Positions 8,601 to 17,281 of a stretch of 64,000 bases of DNA are shown here, one piece after another. Position 1 is the first letter of the stretch; each line of letters starts with the position of its first letter. The position numbers were made by a program, and so were the translations under genes. This stretch comes from Candidatus Poribacteria bacterium (GTDB lineage Bacteria; Poribacteria; WGA-4E; WGA-3G), in assembly GCA_963665235.2 (NCBI GenBank), contig CAXXLX010000001.1:1472001-1536000 (forward strand), given 5' to 3'. Below the pieces are notes generated by a model. The model had not been told where the DNA came from. It did no database searches and saw only the letters and a list, made by a program, of their open reading frames with translations.

Positions 8601-10708
8601 TGTACAACGCTATCCGTGTTTATGTCGTCCTGTTTCTGCTATGTTTCGGGACTCCTATCGGCATCTGCCAATCCCAAAAGGTCGGAACAATTCAGGGACA
8701 GGTTACAGATAAACAAAACAATCCACTCACTGGCTACACCGTCTCAACAGTTTCACAAAGAGACGACATAACCTACGCTGCCAAAACTAAGGCTGATGGC
8801 CAGTTTACGCTTACCAACCTTCATGCCGACACCTGGACGATAGAAGTTCGCCACTTCAGCACCCTCCTTGCACAACGTGAGGTCACAGTTGCCGGCGAAA
8901 CCGAAGTCAAAGCAGATTTTGTGATTGAAGGAACAGCCGTTATTTCCGGATTTCTGCTCGATTCTGTCAGTAAACTCCCCTTGCCGATTACGGGTCAGAT
9001 ACAGATTGGTCTCCTCACGTCTGACGACGAATGGATAGAGAGGACATACCGAGGTGAAATCGCTCATGGATATTTTGAAGTCAAAGATTTGTTAGCGGGA
9101 CGCTACGCCATTATCGATGCTTTTGACGGTTATGTCTCTGCAATGTCCGATTTACCCGTGGTAGCAGTTTATCCAGGAAGCATTGTGGGTGGTGTAGAGA
9201 TATTTTTGAAACCGGGGGCATCGCTCTCCGGTGTTTTCGTTGATTCTGAAAGCCGAGCCCCTGTCTCCGGGGTTGCTGTCAACGTGGCATCTGAAGTGAA
9301 AAATACCGTTTATCCTGACAGGACGTTCGCACATAAAACAGAGACAGGCGTAAACGGTGAATTTCGCCTCACAACGCCAAGTGACCCTGAAATCTATTAC
9401 GCCTTCACGCTTATGGCATCGCACCCACGGTATCAAACGCACCAGTGGCGGCGGGAGCTGTCACCGGATAAAAATGTGTATGCGTTAGGTGAACGGACAC
9501 TGAACCCGTTCTTGTCGCTACAAGGCACGGTGTCAGCTTCAAACTCGCGCGAGGCTGTTGATGGACTCACAGTGCGTTTAAAGATGCACAACAGAGCGGC
9601 AGATTTTTTCCGCGCAGCAGCCCAACCTGAACACACAGTGCGTCCTGATGCAAACGGCAATTTCCTTTTCTCTGAACTCCACCCAATTGAATATAGTTTG
9701 ACAATTTCCCGGAACAGTGTTATTATAGTGAATAAGGAGTCGGTCAACCCGCAAAGCGGGAAACCGCTTAAAATCCGCTTGCCGAAAAAATTGGAGACGT
9801 TACGCGGCACAGTTGTCGATGCCGAACAACGTCCGATTGCCGGTGCGAATCTCTATGCAGCGCGGCGCAGCGAAACCCGGCACGGGCACGACGTGCTCCT
9901 GTCCAAAACACAAACGGATGCAAACGGGGTTTTCCAAATGCAGGTGTTAAAAACAAAACCGCATCTCCTGTCCCTTGAGGTATCCAAAAAAGGGTATCTG
10001 TCAAGGGTATATCCGAACGTGGAGCTCCAAAAAGAGCCGTTGACTGTTCCGCTTCAAAAAGGATTTACGATTAAGGGGCGCGTCATTCTCCCGCGGAATG
10101 TGTCACCAGATGGATATTACATTGTGAACCTCTTTCCCGAATCGGCAAAAATGGAGCCGACGTTGAATCCACTGGGATTGAATAGACCGCTTCTCTCAAA
10201 ACGATTTCCTGTAACGCAGCCGACTTTCGTACTGGATGGACTATTTGAGGAAAAATACAGCCTCTATATCGCCGGAGAGGGTATCGCTACAACCGACAAA
10301 TTGAAGTGCCAAGCAGATGTGGATAGTGGAGAAGTGCTCATCGTAGCGGATAGACCCACAGTGGAATTAAAGGGACAAGTGCTTTGGGCGGATACAGGCG
10401 AACCTGTGCAAAACGCCTCGGTATCTCGCTCGTGGTATCCGTGGGAACTAACCCAATACGATATGTCTTTAACCCTAGACCGCTTTGAAACCGAGACAGA
10501 CGCACAGGGACAATTTGCGTTCTCAAATTTGACACAGGCACAGTATCAGCTGCGCATCCGTGCTGTCCAGTCGGTATTTGAAAAAGGGGTTGATGCATAT
10601 CAACATGTGTACCTCCAGAAGCAGGTTGCAATACCAGCTTGTAGTGATAATGTGCATCGTATCTATATAGGGAAAGCGGACGGTACCGCTTTTGGAGGAA
10701 AAAAATGA
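8600..10708 (+). CDS. carboxypeptidase regulatory-like (prealbumin-fold) repeat protein, secreted
   Basis: Signal peptide; repeated G.I.G.V.D....P..GA.V ... TD..G.F motifs. Confidence 0.8.
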   Translation: MYNAIRVYVVLFLLCFGTPIGICQSQKVGTIQGQVTDKQNNPLTGYTVSTVSQRDDITYAAKTKADGQFTLTNLHADTWTIEVRHFSTLLAQREVTVAGETEVKADFVIEGTAVISGFLLDSVSKLPLPITGQIQIGLLTSDDEWIERTYRGEIAHGYFEVKDLLAGRYAIIDAFDGYVSAMSDLPVVAVYPGSIVGGVEIFLKPGASLSGVFVDSESRAPVSGVAVNVASEVKNTVYPDRTFAHKTETGVNGEFRLTTPSDPEIYYAFTLMASHPRYQTHQWRRELSPDKNVYALGERTLNPFLSLQGTVSASNSREAVDGLTVRLKMHNRAADFFRAAAQPEHTVRPDANGNFLFSELHPIEYSLTISRNSVIIVNKESVNPQSGKPLKIRLPKKLETLRGTVVDAEQRPIAGANLYAARRSETRHGHDVLLSKTQTDANGVFQMQVLKTKPHLLSLEVSKKGYLSRVYPNVELQKEPLTVPLQKGFTIKGRVILPRNVSPDGYYIVNLFPESAKMEPTLNPLGLNRPLLSKRFPVTQPTFVLDGLFEEKYSLYIAGEGIATTDKLKCQADVDSGEVLIVADRPTVELKGQVLWADTGEPVQNASVSRSWYPWELTQYDMSLTLDRFETETDAQGQFAFSNLTQAQYQLRIRAVQSVFEKGVDAYQHVYLQKQVAIPACSDNVHRIYIGKADGTAFGGKK

Positions 10709-10908
10709 AACCGAGTACCCGCTACGCAAAAATAGTCGAATGGTCTGACGAAGATGGATGTTATGTTGGAAGTTGTCCAGGGCTCTTTTACGGCGGCTGT
10801 CATGGTGATGATGAACAGGAGGTCTTTTCAGAATTGTGCAACATCGTTGAGGAGGTAATTGAAGAATATCAGCGTGAAGGTAAAACCCTACCTATCTTAG
10901 TCCCGTAG
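10705..10908 (+). CDS. hicB: HicB-family antitoxin (short form)
   Basis: EWSDEDGCYVGSCPGL..GCHGD..E..L....E...E.Y..EG..LP pattern; ATGA overlap with the upstream gene. Confidence 0.75.
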   Translation: MKPSTRYAKIVEWSDEDGCYVGSCPGLFYGGCHGDDEQEVFSELCNIVEEVIEEYQREGKTLPILVP

Positions 10909-10975
10909 GGACGATATATTTATAGAAGAGACCACCACACCTCTTAGTCCCATAGGGACGATATATTTATAGAAG
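10896..10975 (+). repeat. two short-form REP-like repeats
   Basis: CTTAGTCCC[G/A]TAGGGACGATATATTTATAGAAG at 10896-10928 and 10943-10975. Confidence 0.85.
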
Positions 10976-11033
10976 CACAAAACGTCCGCCCTCTAATATA
11001 TTTCTTGCCAATCGCTAATCGCTAATCGCTAAC

Positions 11034-11720
11034 ATGAGAAACCTTTTGAGAATATTCATAACAATTTTTGCCATCCTCGTTTTACAAGGAATTGCCGATG
11101 CCGTTACATGGCAAGATGACTTTACGCAGGAAACAGAAGATAACTGGCAACTCATAGGAAACGATTCTGTATGGCAAATTGACGATGGATTTTTAAAAGT
11201 AGAAATTCAGACCGAAAAGCAGTGGCGAACCCTCTTCGAACTGTACCAATTTATAGCCTTCCCCGGTCCCTATAATAACGTTACAATCACACTTGAAACT
11301 ATCGGGGTATCGGACGCACGATTCGGTATTGCCATAGGAAAACGTTTCCTAAATACCGAAGGAGAAGTAGAGGAAACAGGGTATTATCTATTTTTCACAA
11401 ACGATATGCAAGCGTCACGAAACCAAAACGTCTTTATCGGGCCCGGTCAACGTTGGAACACAGACGAACTCAAACAGATGGTGTTACACATTAACAACGG
11501 TCGATTTCAACTGTTCGGTGATGACGAATTGCGCATGGATTTTACGGACGCGAACCTCACACAAATTGACATCATCGGGTTTGTTCTCGTCGACTATGTT
11601 ACAGATGCCGTAAGCACAGCGAGAGCCTGGGTAGATAAATGGACGATTTCCGGGCTTTCAGTTTCACCAAAGGACAAACTCACCACGCTCTGGGGACACC
11701 TGAAGAAAAAACAGCCGTAA
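11034..11720 (+). CDS. secreted beta-sandwich protein with TTWG-type motif, family B copy 3
   Basis: Signal peptide; WQDDF, SVWQIDDGFL, ELYQF, IDIIGF; ends SVSPKDKLTTLWGHLKK. Confidence 0.85.
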   Translation: MRNLLRIFITIFAILVLQGIADAVTWQDDFTQETEDNWQLIGNDSVWQIDDGFLKVEIQTEKQWRTLFELYQFIAFPGPYNNVTITLETIGVSDARFGIAIGKRFLNTEGEVEETGYYLFFTNDMQASRNQNVFIGPGQRWNTDELKQMVLHINNGRFQLFGDDELRMDFTDANLTQIDIIGFVLVDYVTDAVSTARAWVDKWTISGLSVSPKDKLTTLWGHLKKKQP

Positions 11721-11739
11721 ATTGTCATCTAGGAAAATT

Positions 11740-12504
11740 ATGTTGCGAAAAAATTTAGATCTGGTCTTTAACGCCCTTCTGCTATTACTCGTTTTAGGTG
11801 TCGCGTTCTGGGGTAGATTTGTTAGCGCGAGATTGAACTCGAGCGAACGGGCGCAACCCGCCGCATCGGGTGCGTACTATAGAACCCCCGGTAAAAACGG
11901 AAGGTGGTTCGGCCCCGAAGTGAATTCCCTCACACTCTGCGAAGGTGTCCATAATCCTTACAACAATAGAGGGTTTTTTGACATCGTTGAAACGATTGAG
12001 AACGCGGTAGTGTCCGCGTCAAGAATTCGCGGCGCGCTCCGCTGGTATCGTGGACAAAAGTGGGTTTTTGGAACAAACGACACTCCATGGGGAACAAACA
12101 CCTCCTACATCACCCTCCACGACGATTTGGGGTGGAGTGAAATCAGTCCTGGCGGCGGCACAACGGGGTATCCGTGGAGTGGCATTGAACGACACTGGCG
12201 CGATGGCGACATTATCCGCTCACAGGCAGTCGTGGTAGGATGGCGGCAGCAGCGATACGGCTCACAGCTATGGGTTTGCCCCATGTACTATAAAATCGGC
12301 GGCTGGGAAGGTGAACACCTTGAAGTCCACTGCCACACTCTCAGAACATGGTTTCCACCCGACTGGAACGTTCTCAAACAGAAGGATGGCGACTTCGGGA
12401 GACCCACCGAACGCAAACCCGGAGTGCTAAGCCGAAGAGGGCACAAAACCTCCCGCTGGTACGACTGTATACGGATATCCGAAGGTGATTCAAATCCGAG
12501 GTGA
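11740..12504 (+). CDS. exported Cys-containing protein, family A copy 2
   Basis: Paralogue of 3328-4074; ATG 11740 after AGGA. Confidence 0.8.
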   Translation: MLRKNLDLVFNALLLLLVLGVAFWGRFVSARLNSSERAQPAASGAYYRTPGKNGRWFGPEVNSLTLCEGVHNPYNNRGFFDIVETIENAVVSASRIRGALRWYRGQKWVFGTNDTPWGTNTSYITLHDDLGWSEISPGGGTTGYPWSGIERHWRDGDIIRSQAVVVGWRQQRYGSQLWVCPMYYKIGGWEGEHLEVHCHTLRTWFPPDWNVLKQKDGDFGRPTERKPGVLSRRGHKTSRWYDCIRISEGDSNPR

Positions 12505-12544
12505 ATTCCCTCACGCTCTGTTACAACAATAGGTTTTTCAAATT

Positions 12545-13264
12545 ATGTCTAACAGAAATTCGGCAAAATCGCTTTTAATAGTATGGATAGCTGTTTATGC
12601 CACTATTGGCTGCACTCTATCTGCAGCGGCAGTGCGCTGGCATGACGATTTCGATACCGAAAACCCCGAAGCGTGGCACGTCGTCGGAAACCGCTCTGTC
12701 TGGAAAGTCGCGGATGGCACCTTGCAGGCACACGTCGATCGGGACTGGGATGTGCGGTATGAACTCTACCAATTCATAGCAGTCCCGCCCCCCTACAGAA
12801 ACTGGACAATTATTATAAACGACTTTGGCGGCGACAAGGTCCGCTTCGGTCTCTGCATCGGACGACATTTTCCGGAGACCGCCAAAGAAGACCCGTTTTT
12901 TTATGTCTTTTTTCCCGATGAAATTAGAGCCCGAAGATTCAACGGCAAAGGCAGCAGTCATCCGTTTCGGGTCCGGTTATCCCGCGAACCTCGGACACGA
13001 TGGAACACAGATGTGCTGCAACAGATGGAGCTGCATTTCAATTCCGGATATTTCCTACTGTTCGCAGATGGTGAATTCCGAACGGCATTCCGTGATGCAA
13101 ATTTCGCTAGCGTTGAAATAATAGGTTTTGTCCTAGAGGGCATTAATATTGCAAACGAATGGGTCGGCCAGGGATGGGCAGGGTCATTCACTATTTCGGG
13201 ACTAGATGTCTCCGCAGAGCTCCGATTAACCTCAAGTTGGGCACAGCTCAAAGGAAACCGATAG
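12545..13264 (+). CDS. secreted beta-sandwich protein with degenerate TTWG motif, family B copy 4
   Basis: WHDDF, SVWKVADG, ELYQF, VEIIGF; ends DVSAELRLTSSWAQLKGNR. Confidence 0.82.
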   Translation: MSNRNSAKSLLIVWIAVYATIGCTLSAAAVRWHDDFDTENPEAWHVVGNRSVWKVADGTLQAHVDRDWDVRYELYQFIAVPPPYRNWTIIINDFGGDKVRFGLCIGRHFPETAKEDPFFYVFFPDEIRARRFNGKGSSHPFRVRLSREPRTRWNTDVLQQMELHFNSGYFLLFADGEFRTAFRDANFASVEIIGFVLEGINIANEWVGQGWAGSFTISGLDVSAELRLTSSWAQLKGNR

Positions 13265-13280
13265 GCATCCGCAAACCGAC

Positions 13281-13766
13281 ATGCAAATTCACACCGCAAC
13301 CCCTCCTGAGCGCATATCCCATCGGCAAATCTACAAAGAAGCACTCATCGTCATTCTCTACATCGGGGTTGGTGCGCTAACGCTTTGGAGCACAGACCAG
13401 CTCGGGTATCTCTCCTCTACCGTTCAACCTATCAGCGGAACCGCCATGGTAGTTGAGTTTCCCGCTGTCCATCAAATCTGGAAACGGGGAGAGGCAGTAT
13501 TCGTTGATGCACGCTCGGCTGGTAGCTTCAGGCGGGGCCATATTCCTGGTGCCATCAATGTGCCTATCAACCGGGTCAAACAAACCCTCCCCGCACTGCC
13601 GACAGACAAAGAGACGCTACTAATTACCTATTGCGGGAGCATAGAATGCCCAAACGCCTATCAACTGATGCATCTGCTGTTAGGGTACGGTTACCGAAAC
13701 GTCAGGTTTCTCCCGCGGGGTCTAAAAGACTGGCAGGCATTAGGGTATCCAGTAGAGACAGAATGA
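13281..13766 (+). CDS. rhodanese-like domain protein, membrane-anchored
   Basis: VFVDARS...F..GHIPGAINVP; active-site loop YCGSIECPNA. Confidence 0.88.
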   Translation: MQIHTATPPERISHRQIYKEALIVILYIGVGALTLWSTDQLGYLSSTVQPISGTAMVVEFPAVHQIWKRGEAVFVDARSAGSFRRGHIPGAINVPINRVKQTLPALPTDKETLLITYCGSIECPNAYQLMHLLLGYGYRNVRFLPRGLKDWQALGYPVETE

Positions 13767-14230
13767 CGATTTCATCAGTCCTAATAACAGCCCTTAGAGT
13801 CCTCCTCGGTGTCATCCTGCTTTTTGCGGGTATTGCCAAACTCTCAGGGTTCACTGCTTTCGCTATGCATGTCGCCAGCTATCAGTTGTTACCGATAGCA
13901 TTGGTCAAACCGATAAGTTATCTAGTGGTATCAGCAGAGATAACGCTAGGGGTGGTATTGTGCATCGGTTATTTTTCGCGGGGGGCAGGTATACTTGCAT
14001 CGCTTCTCTTTCTGATATTTGCAGTAGCCGTGACAACCGTGTTATGGCGAGAGCTGCCGTTGACAGATTGCGGGTGTGCCAATTTCCTCTTTAGTTTGTT
14101 GTTAGAGATGAAAACAGCTCCGAGCTGGCAGCACGTGTTCGGGAATGTCGTGCTAGCAGGTGGCAGTTTTGCCGTTACCTATTCCTCGCAGCGGGGATAC
14201 GGTTTGGAATCGTTCATCAAATGTTTGTAG
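13763..14230 (+). CDS. MauE/DoxX-family redox-associated membrane protein
   Basis: RVLLGVILLFAGIAKL, Y.LLP, AEITLG, DCGC motif; ATGA overlap with the rhodanese gene. Confidence 0.85.
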   Translation: MTISSVLITALRVLLGVILLFAGIAKLSGFTAFAMHVASYQLLPIALVKPISYLVVSAEITLGVVLCIGYFSRGAGILASLLFLIFAVAVTTVLWRELPLTDCGCANFLFSLLLEMKTAPSWQHVFGNVVLAGGSFAVTYSSQRGYGLESFIKCL

Positions 14231-14345
14231 TAGGGAAACCATTTATGGTTTCCCTCGATTACCGATGTTTGTAGTAGGGCGATTCATCACCCGTCGTGTC
14301 GTCTAGGTTTATCACATATTCAGTTCGTAGTAGGGAAACCATTTA
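14227..14345 (+). repeat. cluster of GTAG-type REP palindromes between convergent genes
   Basis: GTAGTAGGGAAACCATTTATGGTTTCCC and GTAGTAGGGCGATTCATCACCCGTCGTGTCGT; the latter is inverted at ~1721-1752. Confidence 0.75.
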
Positions 14346-14473
14346 TTGCCTGCCATGACGAAAAAGCAAAGCACGCCCCACGCCCTATGTCTGTCAACCG
14401 ACCAGATAAGAAAATAGACAGATACTGTGTCCGATATCTGCCTATGCTTAATGCGCTTTTGGATTTGTCTGAC

Positions 14474-15514
14474 CTACTGCTTCAGCACTCCCCACGTTAC
14501 TTTTTTTTTATCGCGTGGAGTAACAGGCAGCACATCATCACTGATCCAATCCAACGTTTTATCATGCCCCGGGTGGTTTGTGAGCCGTGTAATCACGTGT
14601 GTCTGGCGATGATACTTATAGATATTAGGTGGTGGGAACTCAAAATCACCCGGTAGTGCTCTGTTCAAAGGTATGGCTGCACATGCACTAAAAACGATTG
14701 ATTTCCCGTCATCCATCCAGTCAACGCTAATTCCTTCCTGGTCCTCTGGTATTTGTAGCTGTCTGATGTTTTCTCCGTTGCGGTCACATATCATGTACCG
14801 AAACGCCTTGAAGAAAGGCCCTTCCCTGGGCTCATTGGGTACATGCACGGTTTTCCACTCTTTCTGGAGAAACACAATCTGTTTTCCATCTGGGGACCAA
14901 CGCGGTTTTGAACGGTGAATCCAGAATTCCCCGCCTACAGCCGGTGCCGGTATCAGTGGGCGGCGGTTGCGCCCATCGGCATCCATGATCCAGATCGTGG
15001 TATGGACTCCGTGCGTTCTCCATTCTGAGAAAATAATATGCTTGCCATCTGGCGACCAATCACAATTGCCTGCCATGATTTGTGATGCGATTTCCTCCAT
15101 CTTCAGCGTCTTTATATTCAGCACATAGATACCGTATTTGGTCTTATTGTTTTTCTGAACAATCCAATCGAAAACGATAGAGTGACCGTCCGGTGAAAAT
15201 GAACCTGTGCCGATAGTACCGCCATCGTCATCTATGAGTTCCCGAACATTTGTGCCATCTGCATTCATCAAAGACAAACCGAAACTCTGAAACAGTATCT
15301 GTTTACCGTCTGGTGACCAGCAATATGGGAATGGTATCATTTTCTTTATACCACCTGGCGACTCTCTGAGAAGTGTCTGGTTGCTGCCGTCATCGTTCAT
15401 CACATAGATACCTTGAACACCCTCGCGTTTTGAGCTAAAAACGATTCTGGCATGGGCGGCGGTTGACAAAAGCAGTAGCAGCAGGCATAGCAAAATAACC
15501 TTGTGTCCATTCAT
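14474..15514 (-). CDS. TolB-like (PD40) beta-propeller protein with TTWG-type motif
   Basis: Repeated WSPDGKQI and IYVM..DG motifs; signal peptide; ends PVTPRDKKKVTWGVLKQ; start at 15514 after AGGAG. Confidence 0.87.
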   Translation of the reverse strand: MNGHKVILLCLLLLLLSTAAHARIVFSSKREGVQGIYVMNDDGSNQTLLRESPGGIKKMIPFPYCWSPDGKQILFQSFGLSLMNADGTNVRELIDDDGGTIGTGSFSPDGHSIVFDWIVQKNNKTKYGIYVLNIKTLKMEEIASQIMAGNCDWSPDGKHIIFSEWRTHGVHTTIWIMDADGRNRRPLIPAPAVGGEFWIHRSKPRWSPDGKQIVFLQKEWKTVHVPNEPREGPFFKAFRYMICDRNGENIRQLQIPEDQEGISVDWMDDGKSIVFSACAAIPLNRALPGDFEFPPPNIYKYHRQTHVITRLTNHPGHDKTLDWISDDVLPVTPRDKKKVTWGVLKQ

Positions 15515-15572
15515 GGGTATGCTCCTGAAAAAAGAGCGGCAGGGGTGTGTGTCCCCTGCCGTTGCAATAGGG

Positions 15573-16168
15573 CTATGGACCATCTTTCCAAGTAAACGTC
15601 ACAGCAGTTGTGTTTGTCTGTTGTTTTGTATCTACTTCCCAGTCGTCTCTTTCAAGATTACCTGTCGTTGTGGACACCTGAAGGTGGGTGTGCGCCCCAA
15701 AATAATATGCATTATCACCTTCTATAAGGGTGCCGACCCAACGATTGAATTCCCTCCCCTCGTCGTCAAAAGCACCGGGATAAAAATACTGAGAGGTTTC
15801 ACCAACTTTAATAATTTCGGGTGGCTTGGTATCGCGTCGCTCAGGAGCTATACGGGCACCCTTGGGTCCGTCGTATTCATTCGTTATGAACCACGGAGCA
15901 ACTTCCAGCGGGTTCTCGTTTGGGTTTTTTGCCTTGAGGTTATCCGTTGGGTTTGAGGCATAGGCAAAAGAATCCATAACAACATACGAACCGTCGTAGT
16001 AGAATCTACTGTGATACCGTTATAATGGTATGTGATACCGTTATAAGAATACTCTTCGGTGTCAGATGGGAACTCCACAATCTTAATGGCTTCACTATTC
16101 TGGACACCGACTACCAATAGAGAACAGAGTATCGCGATTGCGATACCGATTGATTTCAATCTTATCAT
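15573..16168 (-). pseudogene. secreted hypothetical protein split by a frameshift
   Basis: ORF 15884-16168 has a signal peptide and RBS and overlaps ORF 15573-15977 in another frame; a 15-bp duplication lies near the break. Confidence 0.55.
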
Positions 16169-16461
16169 TTTTTTCTCCTATAGTATTGTTTAGGGGGCCC
16201 TCTCCTTGTTCGGTAGACATTCCATCCGAAGTTAAGAAAGGATTGGGGGACCCTGTCAACATGGTAAGTTATCGATATTCTAAAACGTTTTCATATTTCT
16301 GTCAACATTTTTTTGAAAACGTTTCTCCTTTTCTTAACAACATTTTTATGATATAATGTAAAGTAAAGTACAATTATCGTCTGCTATAAACATATCGTCC
16401 AACGGTCTGAAGCGCGTGGTTTCTATAAGTTGAAATCTATACACTTTACAAAAGGTAGCCC

Positions 16462-17265
16462 ATGAATCCATTAAAATTCCTTAAGAACAAGATTGAAAAA
16501 AGATTTTACAGTGCTTACCAAAAACGGTTGGAAGCAGAAGCGGGCACGTGGAACATTCCACGCCATATCGGTGTTATCCTCGATGGAAACCGCCGCTACG
16601 CCAAAGCCACCGGCTTGGATAACGTCATTAAGGGACATTACCAGGGGGCAGACAAACTTGAAGAAGTCCTTCATTGGTGCGATGAACTCGGCGTGGAAAT
16701 CTTCTCAATCTGGATCTTCTCGCTTGATAACTTCAAGCGTGCCGACGATGAGGTCGAGGGCATCCTCGGATTAATTGAAAGAAAACTGCGGGAATTGGTC
16801 ACCATTGAAGGGCTCCATGCAAACCAGATTAAGGTGCGGGCAATGGGACAAATTGAGTTGCTACCGCCAAGCCTTCAGGAAGCAATCCGGCAGGCTGAAG
16901 AAGCAACCCAAAATTATGACAAGTTTATCCTTAATGTAGCTGTCGCTTATGGCGGACGTGAAGAAATTATTGAAGCGTTCCGAGGACATCTAAAAGCGGA
17001 GATTCAAAACGGCAAAGATGCTGAACAGATTCTAGAGGAATTGAGCGTCGATAAAATCGCTCCATATCTCTATACATCTAATCTGCCTGACCCCGAATTG
17101 ATTATTCGCACCAGTGGGGAGGTACGGCTCTCCGGATTTTTGCTGTGGCAGAGCGTCTATTCAGAGTTCTATTTTTGCGATACCTATTGGCCCTCGTTTC
17201 GGAAGATAGACTTTCTCCGGGCGCTGCGTGCTTACAGTGAACGCAAACGCCGATTCGGGCAATAA
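16462..17265 (+). CDS. uppS: cis-isoprenyl diphosphate synthase (UppS family)
   Basis: PRHIGVILDGNRR, FSLDNFKR, YGGREEI, IIRTSGEVRLSGFLLWQ. Confidence 0.93.
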   Translation: MNPLKFLKNKIEKRFYSAYQKRLEAEAGTWNIPRHIGVILDGNRRYAKATGLDNVIKGHYQGADKLEEVLHWCDELGVEIFSIWIFSLDNFKRADDEVEGILGLIERKLRELVTIEGLHANQIKVRAMGQIELLPPSLQEAIRQAEEATQNYDKFILNVAVAYGGREEIIEAFRGHLKAEIQNGKDAEQILEELSVDKIAPYLYTSNLPDPELIIRTSGEVRLSGFLLWQSVYSEFYFCDTYWPSFRKIDFLRALRAYSERKRRFGQ

Positions 17266-17281
17266 ATTAGAGGAGGAAACA

